Below are positions 1-11,028 of a DNA stretch of 64,000 bases, piece by piece. The notes below the pieces were generated by a model. That model was not told where the DNA came from. It did not search any database and worked only from the letters and a program-made list of their open reading frames with translations. Origin of the DNA: a virus. Both the position numbers and the translations under genes were made by a program. Location of the stretch: IMG/VR virus record IMGVR_UViG_3300046167_000815, positions 15,212-79,211 of that record. The stretch is one strand, 5' to 3'. Each line of letters starts with the position of its first letter. Position 1 is the first letter of the stretch.

Positions 1-1
1 C

Positions 2-160
2 GTATTATTTCCAATTATTGCACACTCACAAAGCACTCAAGCGTATTCGGCATATTATTATCCATCTAATTTTAATTCGTTACCAACAACAATGCCCAAT
101 TTACCAAGTAACTATTTTACAAACAATAGAATCCCGTGTATAACATTTAGAAAATCTTAA
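2..160 (+). CDS. C-terminal end of a probable tail fibre/receptor-binding protein (partial)
   Basis: Open frame from the window edge to TAA at 158-160 (...PSNYFTNNRIPCITFRKS). It is followed by the same small gene that follows the 338-1177 fibre gene. Confidence 0.55.
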   Translation, partial: VLFPIIAHSQSTQAYSAYYYPSNFNSLPTTMPNLPSNYFTNNRIPCITFRKS

Positions 161-165
161 AAATT

Positions 166-324
166 ATGGCACAAATTAGACAAGAAATATATGACGACAA
201 CGGACTTGTCGAAGTGAAATTCATCGAAATAAATGAACCGACACAAGAGGAATTGATAGCAGAAAAAGAAGCGGAACTTTTGAAGATATACGCTGAACTT
301 AACGAATTAAAAGAAACAAATTAA
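166..324 (+). CDS. Small acidic coiled-coil protein, putative fibre chaperone/cap (copy 1)
   Basis: Read manually, not in the ORF track: MAQIRQEIYDDNGLVEVKFIEINEPTQEELIAEKEAELLKIYAELNELKETN. Clear paralogue at 1188-1355. Confidence 0.75.
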   Translation: MAQIRQEIYDDNGLVEVKFIEINEPTQEELIAEKEAELLKIYAELNELKETN

Positions 325-337
325 AAATTTAAATAAA

Positions 338-1177
338 ATGGGACTTAATGTTTTTAAGAAAAAACCTTCTGAAGCCAGAAGAGAAACTAAAACAGGAATA
401 GAAATATTTAAAAGTGTTTTAGATAAAAAATTATATTACAGAGACGTAAATAATAAATCAGTTCCTGTATCAGAAGAAACTACTATTACTACAGACGCTT
501 CTTTATCAGGTGACGGTACTGCTTCAGATCCTTTATCTGTTGAAGGAAAACAAGATACTTTAGTAAGCGGAACTAATATTAAAACTCTTAACGGAGCTTC
601 TGTATTAGGCAACGGAGATCTAACCGTTGGTGGCGGCTCAGGTTTTCATGTACAATTGTTACCTGGAGGATCTATTTATGGCGGTATTTATCAAGCAAAT
701 GTAACCGCAGCGGGTTCAAATTATAATAATGCGACTTCCGCAAATCAAATATATTACTTTCCTTTTATACCAAATCATACTTTTACAAGCACTGAACTTC
801 GAATTAATTGTGGTTTAGCTGCTGCGGGAAGTGAGGCAAGGCTTTGTATTTATTCTCATGATGGACTTAATGCACCACAAGATTTATTATTTGAAAGTAC
901 AAACCTTGATTTATCTACTACTGGTTATAAAACTGTAAACGTTACAAGAAATTGGACAAAAGGACAAGTGTATTGGTTTGCAGTTCATATGAAAGATAAT
1001 TCTACAAGAATTATTGGAATGGGAAACAATATTTCTGATTCACTTATTATTGGAGTTTTAAATAGTAATAGAATTAAAAGTTGGACTCAAAGTGGACAAA
1101 CTTTTGCAAATGGTGCTCCAGCAACCGCCAATCCTAATGGATTTAGATATGACGCATTTTTAGTAGAATTTAAGTAA
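338..1177 (+). CDS. Tail fibre/spike protein
   Basis: Contains TTDASLSGDGTASDPLSV and KQDTLVSGTNIKTLNGASVLGNGDL, motifs typical of Bacteroidota phage fibre shafts. Beta-rich C-terminal head. Confidence 0.75.
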   Translation: MGLNVFKKKPSEARRETKTGIEIFKSVLDKKLYYRDVNNKSVPVSEETTITTDASLSGDGTASDPLSVEGKQDTLVSGTNIKTLNGASVLGNGDLTVGGGSGFHVQLLPGGSIYGGIYQANVTAAGSNYNNATSANQIYYFPFIPNHTFTSTELRINCGLAAAGSEARLCIYSHDGLNAPQDLLFESTNLDLSTTGYKTVNVTRNWTKGQVYWFAVHMKDNSTRIIGMGNNISDSLIIGVLNSNRIKSWTQSGQTFANGAPATANPNGFRYDAFLVEFK

Positions 1178-1187
1178 ATAAAAAATT

Positions 1188-1355
1188 ATGGCACAAATTA
1201 GAGAAGAAGTTTACAACGAAGATGGATTAGTAGAAGTTAAATTTCATGAAATTGAAAATGAATTAACTGCAGAAGACATTATTGCTCAAAAAGAAGCAGA
1301 ACTTCTGGCTATGTATACAGAGCTTGAGGCTTTGAAAGAAGCTAACAAAGAATAA
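1188..1355 (+). CDS. Small acidic coiled-coil protein, putative fibre chaperone/cap (copy 2)
   Basis: Read manually: MAQIREEVYNEDGLVEVKFHEIENELTAEDIIAQKEAELLAMYTELEALKEANKE. Confidence 0.75.
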   Translation: MAQIREEVYNEDGLVEVKFHEIENELTAEDIIAQKEAELLAMYTELEALKEANKE

Positions 1356-1408
1356 GAATATTAATTTAGCAGGAGCATTTGTTTCTGCTAAATTTTTACA
1401 CTATAACT

Positions 1409-1951
1409 ATGATAAAATTATTTAAATACACGGCTATATCTAACGGATACGACAGTGTACAGCATATGAAAGAAAGTTTATTTCACCCAGAAAGTTTTTC
1501 TTGGGCAGCACCTTTAGCAGGTGTATTAGGAACAGTGTCGGTAATATTTGAACAAATTTTTGGAATTCATATTGTAGTATTTTTAGTACTATGTATTTTA
1601 TTTTTTTTGGAATTATATACAGGCATAAAAGCGTCTAGAAAAGAAGGCAAAGGATTTAGGTCTTCTAAGTTTCAAAAAGGATGGTTTAAATTAGGAGTAT
1701 ATGCGGTTATGATAGGGTCAATGAATATTTGCGCTATCTATATACCTAACAAACCTATATTCGGAATAAATATAAATATTTACGGATATTTACATTACGT
1801 ATTTTATAATTACGTATTGATTGCTCTATTTATATCTAACGTAGAAAATTTTGTAAGACTAGGATGGAATATGAACGGCTTTATTCCATTAATAGCTAAA
1901 AGACTAAATTTAGAAGTTGTTGAAAAAGAAAAAGACAAAGACTCTAAATAA
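1409..1951 (+). CDS. Holin (Phage_holin_4_1-like)
   Basis: Several hydrophobic segments, the ELYTGIKAS...SSKFQKGWFK pattern, SNVEN and a charged C-tail. First ATG at 1409. Confidence 0.7.
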   Translation: MIKLFKYTAISNGYDSVQHMKESLFHPESFSWAAPLAGVLGTVSVIFEQIFGIHIVVFLVLCILFFLELYTGIKASRKEGKGFRSSKFQKGWFKLGVYAVMIGSMNICAIYIPNKPIFGININIYGYLHYVFYNYVLIALFISNVENFVRLGWNMNGFIPLIAKRLNLEVVEKEKDKDSK

Positions 1952-1960
1952 CTGTGGGCA

Positions 1961-2338
1961 TTGAAAAATTTTATAGAAAAGACAAGTACTTGGGCAGGTA
2001 ATATTAGCAGTATTAGTAAGTTACTAATAGGCTTGTTTTTTTTAATTTTTACAATCGGAACAGAGTGGTATCAAATACAAGTAAATCTAAAAACTAATAT
2101 TAAACAAGAAGAAGATATAAAAGATTCTAAATCTTATGCAGAAAAAATATTTAATGAGTTATCTCAAAACATTAAAAAAGAAAATAAACTGCAACAAGAA
2201 AAATTTAATGAAACAAATAAACGTTTTATAGAAAATTTAAAAGAGTTTAATAAGTATAAAGAAACACAAGAAAACAAATTATTACAGTCTAGAGAAAGAA
2301 TATCTTTTTTAGAAGGAAGATTACACAGTATAAAATAA
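1961..2338 (+). CDS. Membrane-anchored coiled-coil protein (lysis module)
   Basis: N-terminal TM segment followed by a heptad-like charged region ending RISFLEG. Confidence 0.5.
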   Translation: MKNFIEKTSTWAGNISSISKLLIGLFFLIFTIGTEWYQIQVNLKTNIKQEEDIKDSKSYAEKIFNELSQNIKKENKLQQEKFNETNKRFIENLKEFNKYKETQENKLLQSRERISFLEGRLHSIK

Positions 2339-2344
2339 TTAGTT

Positions 2345-2645
2345 ATGAAGTTACCTAAAACATTTATTGGTTGGACAAGTATAAAATGGTTTATAAGAGA
2401 AATTATAAAACTATATTCTGACGAACCGTCTTACTTTTTCTAAAAAAAGAATAGAATCAGGAGTTGCTTTTATCATTGCTCAAATAGGTATGGTTTTCTT
2501 TTTAATTAAAAAAATAGACACTCTAGATGTATATGAATTTGTTATGTGGGCTAGTGTAGAATTCTTAGTTGCTGGATATACTATTAATAAAATACAAAGA
2601 GAAAAAAGGCTATCGTCTATTAAGAGAATGACGAATAAAAAATAG
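2345..2645 (+). CDS. Small two-TM membrane protein, holin-like (frameshifted near 2436)
   Basis: MKLPKTFIGWTSIKWFIREIIKLYSDEPSYF joins SKKRIESGVAFIIAQIGMVFFL...VAGYTINKIQREK when one T is removed from a T run. Confidence 0.55.
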
Positions 2646-2663
2646 AATTTGTATATTTACAGC

Positions 2664-3329
2664 ATGTTTACACTTTTAAATAAGTTTAGTAACTACATAT
2701 TTATAGCAATAATTATATTAATTTGCTTTTTATATTTTAAAGGATGCGTTCAACATAACGCTGATAAATCTCGTATCGAAAAGCTTTTAGAATACAAACA
2801 CACTGTAAAAAATTATACTACTAAAAAAGGAACGGTTGTTAACTATAACAACTCGCTGGCAGTGTCTCCTGAGGATTTGAAGATCGTTCAGGACACTCTG
2901 CTGACGTACATAGAAAACTTAGAACTAAAACTAAAAAACGTCAAGTCTACTACTATTATTACTGAACGTATACAAATAGACTCAGTAGAAGTTCCTGTAT
3001 ATCTTACAGATTGTGATTTTGATACTACTATTAATGTTACAAAACCTTTTTACGACTTTAACATTACAATGACTAATACTGGGTTAACTTTTAATTCTTT
3101 AAAGTTTCCCTAATCGTTTAGGAGTAACTTTAACAGATAAAAAAGAAAAATGGTATAAACCTAAAAATTCTATTGTAGTTGTTACTAACAGTAATCCGTA
3201 TATGAAAACAGACGGTATATCCACCTTATACTTTTAAAAAACAAAAAAAAGTGGTATAACAGACAAATAACTTCTTTAACAGCAGGAATTTTATTAGGAG
3301 CATTTATGTCATATCAAATAACAAAATAG
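2664..3329 (+). CDS. Spanin-like membrane protein (frameshifts near 3110 and 3225-3250)
   Basis: N-terminal TM, coiled coil and beta region. Continues in shifted frames through VTNSNPY and KKWYNRQITSLTAGILLGAF to TAG at 3327-3329. Confidence 0.55.
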
Positions 3330-3357
3330 TTTTGTTATATAATTAAGGAGAAAAGTT

Positions 3358-4165
3358 ATGAAGAGACACAGATTATTTTACGACATCGAAACATCATTTT
3401 GTAAAGGGCACTTTTGGAGACCTGGTTATAATCAAAGAATTGGTCCTGAACAAATTACAGACTACGCTAAAATTATTTCTGCACATTGGAAATGGGAAGG
3501 TGAAGAAGAAGAAGTGCACCATGCTCATTGGGGTCTAGAAAAACAATGTGACAAATCTTTAATAAAAAAACTGATTAAAACAATTTGAGAAAGCAGATGA
3601 AATAGTTACTCATAACGGAAAAAAGTTTGACACTCCTTGGGTAAGAACACGAGCTTTGTATCATGGAATACCTATGAGACCAGATTACAATGAAATAGAT
3701 ACATATAAATTAGCAAAGTCTTATCTTAATTTGCCTAGTTTTAGTCTTAAAGAAATTTGTAAATATTATAATCTAGAAGCAAAAAAAGATGCGGGAGGAT
3801 TAGATACTTGGAAAGACGTAGTATTTAAAAAATGTCCTAAAGCATTTGAGCATTTATTATATTATGGAGACGGAGACATTATTTCTTTAGAAGCAGTGTT
3901 TAATAAATTAAGGCCATATGTTAAACCTAATATGCACTATCATTCAGAACATATTAGTATTTTAGGAATTAAAGCAGTTCCTGGAAAGTTTTTCTGTCCT
4001 GAATGTGGTAAAATAGGAAGACATCGTAAACAGTATAGAACAATGGCAGGAACAATAAGACACTACATGAGCTGCACAGACGACAAATGCGGAACATCAT
4101 TTAAACTTAGTCATAAATCATTTGTTGATTTTAATACATATAAAATAGCAAATAACATAACGTAA
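3358..4165 (+). CDS. RNase H-fold (DEDD/YprB-like) 3'-5' exonuclease with C-terminal Zn ribbon (frameshift near 3580)
   Basis: FYDIETS, VTHNGKKFDTPW (in the joining frame), IDTYKLAK, YGDGD, CPECG...CTDDKC. Confidence 0.8.
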
Positions 4166-4172
4166 TTTTTAA

Positions 4173-4180
4173 TATATTTG
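4173..4180 (+). promoter_or_regulatory. Bacteroidota sigma70 -7 element (TAnnTTTG)
   Basis: TATATTTG, 4 nt before ATG 4185. Confidence 0.6.
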
Positions 4181-4184
4181 TATA

Positions 4185-4895
4185 ATGTTACCATTAGTAG
4201 ATTTACATAGTCAGTTAGACGAAGCTTTGAATATTAATAATTCAGATTCAATCTTTAGTACACTGTACTATACAGATTTAATTAATGAACAACGATCTTT
4301 ATATATCAGAAACGAATATAACAGAACAAGAGAAGTAGACCCTAATGTTCAGCAATCATTTTGTGAGGATTTAGAATTAGTAGATCCTAACAATTGTCCT
4401 TGTGCAAACATACCAGTAGGGTGTAAAATTTTACGTACTAAACGTAAGATTCCTAATACAATAGAATTTCATCACAGCAAAGCTATTACGTCTGTCGGTC
4501 CTGTAATTATTACAGCAAAAAGATTTAACTTAATAGATTACGATAGAGTTCCTTTTGTAGGACACGGTAGAACTACACATAACACCGTCTATGCATTTTT
4601 ATACGATAATTACTTATACGTAATATCTAAAAATCCTGCAAAGCTTCTTTTGAAAAAAGTTACTATTCGTGGAATCTTTGAAGATCCTACTGCTATTGCA
4701 GAATTTTTAGATTGCAGCGAAAACAATATCTGCTGGTCTCCTGACGATGTTTATCCATTAAATCAATGGATGTGGACATATGTTAAACAACAAGTGTTAC
4801 AGCAACTTTTCCAAAAAAGACAAGTCCCACAAGACGACTCTGGAAATGCACAAGATGATTTAGCAGACGGAACAGCGCCAGTACAATCTAAATAA
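4185..4895 (+). CDS. crAss-like tail ring/structural protein
   Basis: Position before the IHF-like, tail-tubular and muzzle genes. IRGIFEDP and YPL motifs resemble crAss-like ring proteins. Confidence 0.65.
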   Translation: MLPLVDLHSQLDEALNINNSDSIFSTLYYTDLINEQRSLYIRNEYNRTREVDPNVQQSFCEDLELVDPNNCPCANIPVGCKILRTKRKIPNTIEFHHSKAITSVGPVIITAKRFNLIDYDRVPFVGHGRTTHNTVYAFLYDNYLYVISKNPAKLLLKKVTIRGIFEDPTAIAEFLDCSENNICWSPDDVYPLNQWMWTYVKQQVLQQLFQKRQVPQDDSGNAQDDLADGTAPVQSK

Positions 4896-4902
4896 CATAA
4901 TA

Positions 4903-5430
4903 GTGGAACCAATAAGGGGGAAAGGAAAACACAAAGCGGATATAAAAAAATATAATTTTTATAGCCATTATAGGAAGAATACTACTTTCAGTCGTTTAGA
5001 CAGAAAAGAATATTCTGCCTTTTTAAAAGATTTGCTTACTACATTTAGTGAAGCTATCGTAAAAGAAAATATGGAATTAAAACTTGGGAAACTAGGTTTT
5101 ATTAGAATACAAGCTAAGAAACTTCATTTTTTCGATAAAGAAGGTAATAGAGCCAAGACACTAAGAGTAGATTGGAAGAAGACCCTAGATTATTGGAAGG
5201 TAAAGTATCCTGGTAAAACAAAAGAAGAACTGAAGAAGATTAAAAACAAACCTGTTTTATATCATGAAAATGATCATACAAAAGGAGAGTTTTATCAGCA
5301 TCTTTGGGACAAGCTTACTTCTGTAGTAAAATACAGAGGGCTATATAAGTTTATTCCTTCTCGTCAGTATTCTAGATTAATAGCAGAGGTAGTAAAAGAT
5401 CCTCATAGAACAGTATTTTATTACGGGTAA
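4903..5430 (+). CDS. IHF/HU-like DNA-binding protein (crAss-like tail block)
   Basis: Very basic. SEAIVKENMELKLGKLGFIRI resembles the HU/IHF arm, and the gene sits in the conserved syntenic position. Confidence 0.65.
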   Translation: MEPIRGKGKHKADIKKYNFYSHYRKNTTFSRLDRKEYSAFLKDLLTTFSEAIVKENMELKLGKLGFIRIQAKKLHFFDKEGNRAKTLRVDWKKTLDYWKVKYPGKTKEELKKIKNKPVLYHENDHTKGEFYQHLWDKLTSVVKYRGLYKFIPSRQYSRLIAEVVKDPHRTVFYYG

Positions 5431-5449
5431 AACCAAAATTAAAAAAAAA

Positions 5450-5686
5450 ATGATGGAAAGTAAATCAACAAAGTCTTGGGAAAATTCAGAAAAATTTGAA
5501 GACGGATCAAGTACAAAAGTTTGTGTTAGAGAAGTAGAAAACGGTTTTATTAAAACTGTAACTAAACACTATATGGACGACAAAGGATCGTGGAAATACG
5601 ACGATACTGTAACTGTTCATTTTGAAAATCCTATGGAAGAAAAAAGTCTTGCGGATAAATTACAAACCTTTTTAGAAGAGAACTAA
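5450..5686 (+). CDS. Hypothetical small protein
   Basis: Tightly packed 78-aa ORF in the operon. Confidence 0.6.
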   Translation: MMESKSTKSWENSEKFEDGSSTKVCVREVENGFIKTVTKHYMDDKGSWKYDDTVTVHFENPMEEKSLADKLQTFLEEN

Positions 5687-5687
5687 G

Positions 5688-6476
5688 ATGTACACAGGAA
5701 ATACAGTATCATATAAAGCAATCATGGATAAACAGATCCGTGATTTTGGTTTTGAAATAGACGACGACTCAGGAATGGAGTGGTTAGCAGAATTTATGGC
5801 GCAAACTAAAGTCGGAATAGTAATGATCAATGATGTTGTATATATTCCTATTTGTGACGGACGTGGAGAACTTCCTATGAATTTGTATAAGATTGTACAA
5901 ACTGCAAGATTAGGAGGAGTCGATAATTTAGAAGAAGCTAAATGCGGTAAAGGAAATATGGTGCCTATGAGATGGGCAACAGATCATTTTCATAAACAAT
6001 ACCATAAAGACGATAGAGATTATACTACGCAATCTGCTGACACATATACAGTAGAAAACGGTTATATATTTACTTCTTTTAGTAGTGGATTTGTTTCTAT
6101 GGCTATAGAGTCTTTGCCTGTTGATGCAGACGGAGCTCCTTTAATTCCTGCAGAACAAGCTTGGTTAGAAGCAGCGTCTCATCATCTTGCCTGGAAAACA
6201 GCAAGAAAACTTAGACGTACAAACTCTATTGATAAAGATTTCTATATGGAAATTATGCAAGATAGAGATTGGTACTTTGCACAAGCAGTAAATCAATCTA
6301 AACTAGATCAGAACGTAGATCAAGCAGAGTCTAGTAAAAACGCAATAGTTAGAACTATACCTGATATACAAGCTCATGCTTCTTTCTTTGCTAATCTTCA
6401 GTTACCAGAACAACGTAACTTTAGAGATATGTCATCATCAGGAACATCAAGCCCTAACAAAATTATTTCTGGATAA
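5688..6476 (+). CDS. Tail tubular/ring protein
   Basis: Immediately upstream of the muzzle gene. YTVENGYIFTSF, PVDADGAPLIP and WYFAQA fit crAss-like tail-tubular proteins. Confidence 0.7.
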   Translation: MYTGNTVSYKAIMDKQIRDFGFEIDDDSGMEWLAEFMAQTKVGIVMINDVVYIPICDGRGELPMNLYKIVQTARLGGVDNLEEAKCGKGNMVPMRWATDHFHKQYHKDDRDYTTQSADTYTVENGYIFTSFSSGFVSMAIESLPVDADGAPLIPAEQAWLEAASHHLAWKTARKLRRTNSIDKDFYMEIMQDRDWYFAQAVNQSKLDQNVDQAESSKNAIVRTIPDIQAHASFFANLQLPEQRNFRDMSSSGTSSPNKIISG

Positions 6477-6478
6477 AA

Positions 6479-9400
6479 ATGAAAAGAGCCGTTAATGTAT
6501 ATAAAGGTTTAAACTCCGATACTGCAAGAGACAGTATTAGCGGTGGTCTCTACATAGACGCACTAGATGTTAGAATTACTACTGACACAGGAGAGTCGCA
6601 AGGATGTATTACTAATATTAAAGGAAATAAAAAATATTTTACAATACCTGTTAGTGACCCAGACTTAGTAGTAAACGGAACCCCAGAAATAATAGGAAGC
6701 ACTTCTATAAGAAATACTATTATATTATTTGTTGCAGATGACGGTGGACAAAATGGTTGGATATACAGTATAGAATATTCTGATGATGAGCAACAACTTA
6801 TTGGAGGACTTACTTTAATTTATAAAAACAATTCTTTAAAATTTAAAAAAGAATTTCCTATAGAAGCTGTAGGAAGATATGAAAATAGTAATATACAAAG
6901 AGTTTACTGGGTAGACTATAATAATTATATACGATCTTTAAATATTAAAGACATTGCTTTATCTACTCTTACACCTGGACTTATAGATAGTTTTCCTAGT
7001 GTAAAATTTGAACAGCCTCTATTAAAAAATGTTTTAGGCGGGGGTTCTTTACTTGTAGGTATTAATCAATATGCTTATAGATTAACTACTGTAGACGGTA
7101 AACAAACTTTAATATCTCCTCCAGGAAATTTAATACACACTACTTCAGAGACCGAATCTGCGTTACAAAGTAGAACTTATACTGGAGATAAAAAAGGCAC
7201 TAACTCTGGGAAATCTTTACAAATAACAATAGATACTTCTAACTATTCTCATTTTGACACTATTGAACTAATTCATATACTACATGAAGATTTAACAGGA
7301 ACATCAGAAGTTTTTTCTGTAGAAACAAAAGGAATTAATGGAGCTGCTTCTGTAACATTTGTACACACAGGAACTGAGAACACAATTGTTCCTTTAGATA
7401 TTGCAGAATACACAGTAAAAAACTACCCTTTTGTAACTGCAAAAAGTATAACTCAAAAAGATAATTCTTTAGTAGCCGCAAATATAAAAGGATCTAATTT
7501 TGATATAAACGATTTAATTCCTGATACAGAAAGTTTTGACGCTAAAGTTCCTAGACATAATTCTACAGGGTCTCTTCCAAATCCTGTTGTAGGAACTCCT
7601 GCACAACAAGAAATTGCTAAATTAGCCAATGCTTTTAATGTTGACTATAATATAGATGCTCATTGGGAACAAACTTGGCACGACAATAGCCAATATAAAT
7701 TTCAATCGAATGGAACACGTTTAGGAGGAACAGGGCCTAACATAGAATATAATTTTCATTTACAGCCTTACCTTATAGATAATGTAGCTTCTTGTGAATT
7801 TCCTAATAATAATCATATAGGAACTGTATTAGTTAATTTAAATGATGGATACGGAAATTATGCCAATAATACCTGGGAAAACATGGCATCTCCTTTTGTG
7901 TCTGGACTTTTAAAAGGTTACAAAAGAGGAGAAACATATAGATTTGGTATTGTATTTTATAATAAAAAAGGAGAAGCATCTTTTACAGAGTTTATAGGAG
8001 ACATTAAATTTCCAGATATTTCTGATGAAGATTCTGTAAATAACTCTTCAGGAACTAATTTTTTTCCTACTAGTTTAGAAACAAATTCTAATCTTCCTGT
8101 TTCTGTAGATACTACAGCTTATGCTTTGGGAATAGAATTTAATGTAGACTTTAGTACTTGTCCTAGCTTACTTAATGAAATAGAAAGCTATCAAATAGTA
8201 AGAGTTAAAAGATCTATTTCAGATACTAGACGTTTGTGTTCTGGTATTATGAAAGTAGGAATGAAATTTGATATTACTAGTAATGATGGAGGAGGAGGAT
8301 CTGCTGACGATCCTGCTAATAACGGAGGTTATAATTTAGGAGGACCTAATTATAGCGAGGAAATACTGCACCACTTTACTTATCATCAAAGAAGATCTAA
8401 TGCAGCAGATGCCCAAGAATTTCCTGGATATGGAATAAGTGGTAACTTTGCAACTATTAATAATAATCATATATTAGGCAATCCTTTTAAAGTATTTGGT
8501 GCATATGCTACTTTTTATTCTCCCGACGTATCTTATAATTTTAATGCAGTTAGAAATTCTATAGATCAAAATTCTTGTTTATTAATGACAGGAAGATATG
8601 GGCAATATTTTTCTAACATTAATTCAGCAGTTTCTACTGCAGGAGTAGAACAAATATTTACTGATAATAATGTTACTGAAGGAAGTATAAAATCTTTTGA
8701 TATAGTTTACTCTGCTCCTGCAACTACAGAAAACTTAGGAGCAAAAATAGAAGACCACAGACGTAAATTAAGGTCTGTAGGACAAGTAGATAAAGATACT
8801 TCTCTTAAAGCTATTGAGTATGTTAAACAATGGAATGAATTAAATGTAGTAGATTTTTCTAATAGTGCACAATCAGATTCTGTAATGAGCACAGAGTTAA
8901 CTACTGCTTGGGGGCCTTATTTAGGATATGATGATGTAGGAGTAAATAGTAATCTTTATTTTAGAAACTTTTTTACCTATTTAGGAAACGCAGGTGCAGG
9001 ATTAAATGATCACGAAGCAAGTAGTCCTACTCAGCCTCATCAAACTATTTTTCATAAAGGAGCTACAGGTATTACAGGGTCTTTGGCTAAAATAGATTAT
9101 AATCCTTTAACAGGGCTTCCAGTAGCACAACTGTTACTAATCATGCTTTTAATACAGGAACTACTGTAGGTAGTGGGCCCGTAAGAGCAGTTAATCAAAC
9201 TTTTGCTCCTTTAAATAAAGGTTTAGTACAAGAAAACTATACTAGTACTCCTATAATAGATATACTACTTCCTAAACAAGAAATTTATGGCGGCTACACT
9301 GCAGATATTTTATCAGGAAATATTTTCCAACCTGCTTCGCCTATTATATCAGTAGCTAACTTAAATCCTAAAGTTTTTGGTGGAGATATATTTCTACACA

Positions 9401-11028
9401 TGTTTACTTTCCAGGAAAGTACAGCTTGGCTATGGGATAAATTTTATCAAAACGCTTTAAGTAACTCAAATGTAAAACAAGAGTTTAACGAAAACAGAAC
9501 TTCTACTCTTTGTTTTGTAGTAGAAACTGCAGTTAACGGAGAACTGTCTTACGGAGCAGATGTAAAAAGAGAAGTTACGTTTGATGTTGCAGGAGGTTCT
9601 TCTGGAGTAAATTCTACTATTTGGAGACAAGAAAATAATAATAGCACTACTACTTGGGGTAAACCAAATACTGCAGGACAAAAGGCTATGTATAAAGATG
9701 TTTACAATACAGTATATTCTTCTGAAAACGATGATGTATCATTCTTTACAAAACCTCCAGCTTTTAATTCTTTAGGAAATGTAAACGACATTAGAGCTTA
9801 TATATCACAAGTAAAGATAAATTCAGAAACTGTAGATTCTTGGACTTCTTTTGGGGTAAACGATTACTACGACGTAGATGATTACGGACCTATAAATAAA
9901 ATAATTACTTGGAGAGATAACGTATACTATTTCCAAGATAAAGCTGTAGGAGCATATTCTATTAACCCTAGAGCGATATCTTCACCTGGAGACGGTATTC
10001 CTACAGAGTTAGGATCTGCAAAAGGATTTAATGACCATACTTATCTTTCTACTAAATATGGAAGTATACACCAATGGTCAGTAAAAGATTTAGAATCGGG
10101 AATATATTATTTTGACGGAACACATAAAAAGATTTTTAGAATATCTGGATCATCAGAACCTTTATCAGAAATGAAAGGACTTCACGGTTTACTAAAAAAC
10201 TTTAACGGAAATATTTCTTTACGTAAAGAAAATGCAGGAGACAATCCTATATTAGGAGCGGGTGTACATACTACTAGAGACAGAGTTAATAATGAAATAT
10301 TATTTACTTTCTTAGGTACTTGGAAAGCCTCTGAGTTAAACGGAAACACTTTGTATTCTGAAGGTGAAATAGTAACTTACGGAGGAGCTAACTTTATAAT
10401 AAGTACTACTTATACTTCTACAAACACTTCAAAAGAAGATGTGTTAGTAGCAGAGCTATATCAAAACTCTACAGTAACTACATTGTTGCCAGACGATAAA
10501 ATTACTCTTGTATTTGACGAGCTTGTAAATCAGTTCTCTTCTCGTTATAGTGCTACTCCTCCAATCTATATAGAAAACGGAGATATATTACTTTCTGCAG
10601 ATCCTAGCAAACACAACGAAATTTACCAACACAATAAGGGTAACTGGGGAGAGTTCTATGGAAAAACAGAAGAGATGTCTATTAAGTTAGTACTAAACGA
10701 AAATGCTGACTTTAATAAAATACTTAGAACTTTAGAATTTAATTCTATTGTAAGAGATAATCAAAAAAATATAGACCGTACTAAAACTATTACGGCTTTC
10801 CGTGTAGAAACAGAATACCAAGACACAGGTAAAATAGATTACGATTCAGGAAGAATTAAACGTAGATTCGACAAGTGGAGAGTACATTTACCTAGAGATA
10901 CAAAAAGCCCTGGACAAGATCGTTTGAGAAGTACTTATTTTATTTTAACTTTATACTTTGATAATACAGACAATCGTGAGCTAATTCTCGATAGAATTTT
11001 GTATTATTATGACATACAGATATTCTAA
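6479..11028 (+). CDS. Tail stabilisation/muzzle protein (ORFs 6479-9169 and 9400-11028 joined; frameshift near 9130)
   Basis: KGYKRGETYRFGIVF, YQIVRVKR, VFGGDIF, YGSIHQWS and RRFDKWR...RLRS motifs. The frame between 9130 and 9400 is open. Confidence 0.8.

Noticed and set aside
2-1355. Diversity-generating retroelement or invertase shufflon acting on fibres
   Set aside because: No reverse transcriptase, recombinase, adenine-specific TR/VR pair or inverted cassettes in this window.
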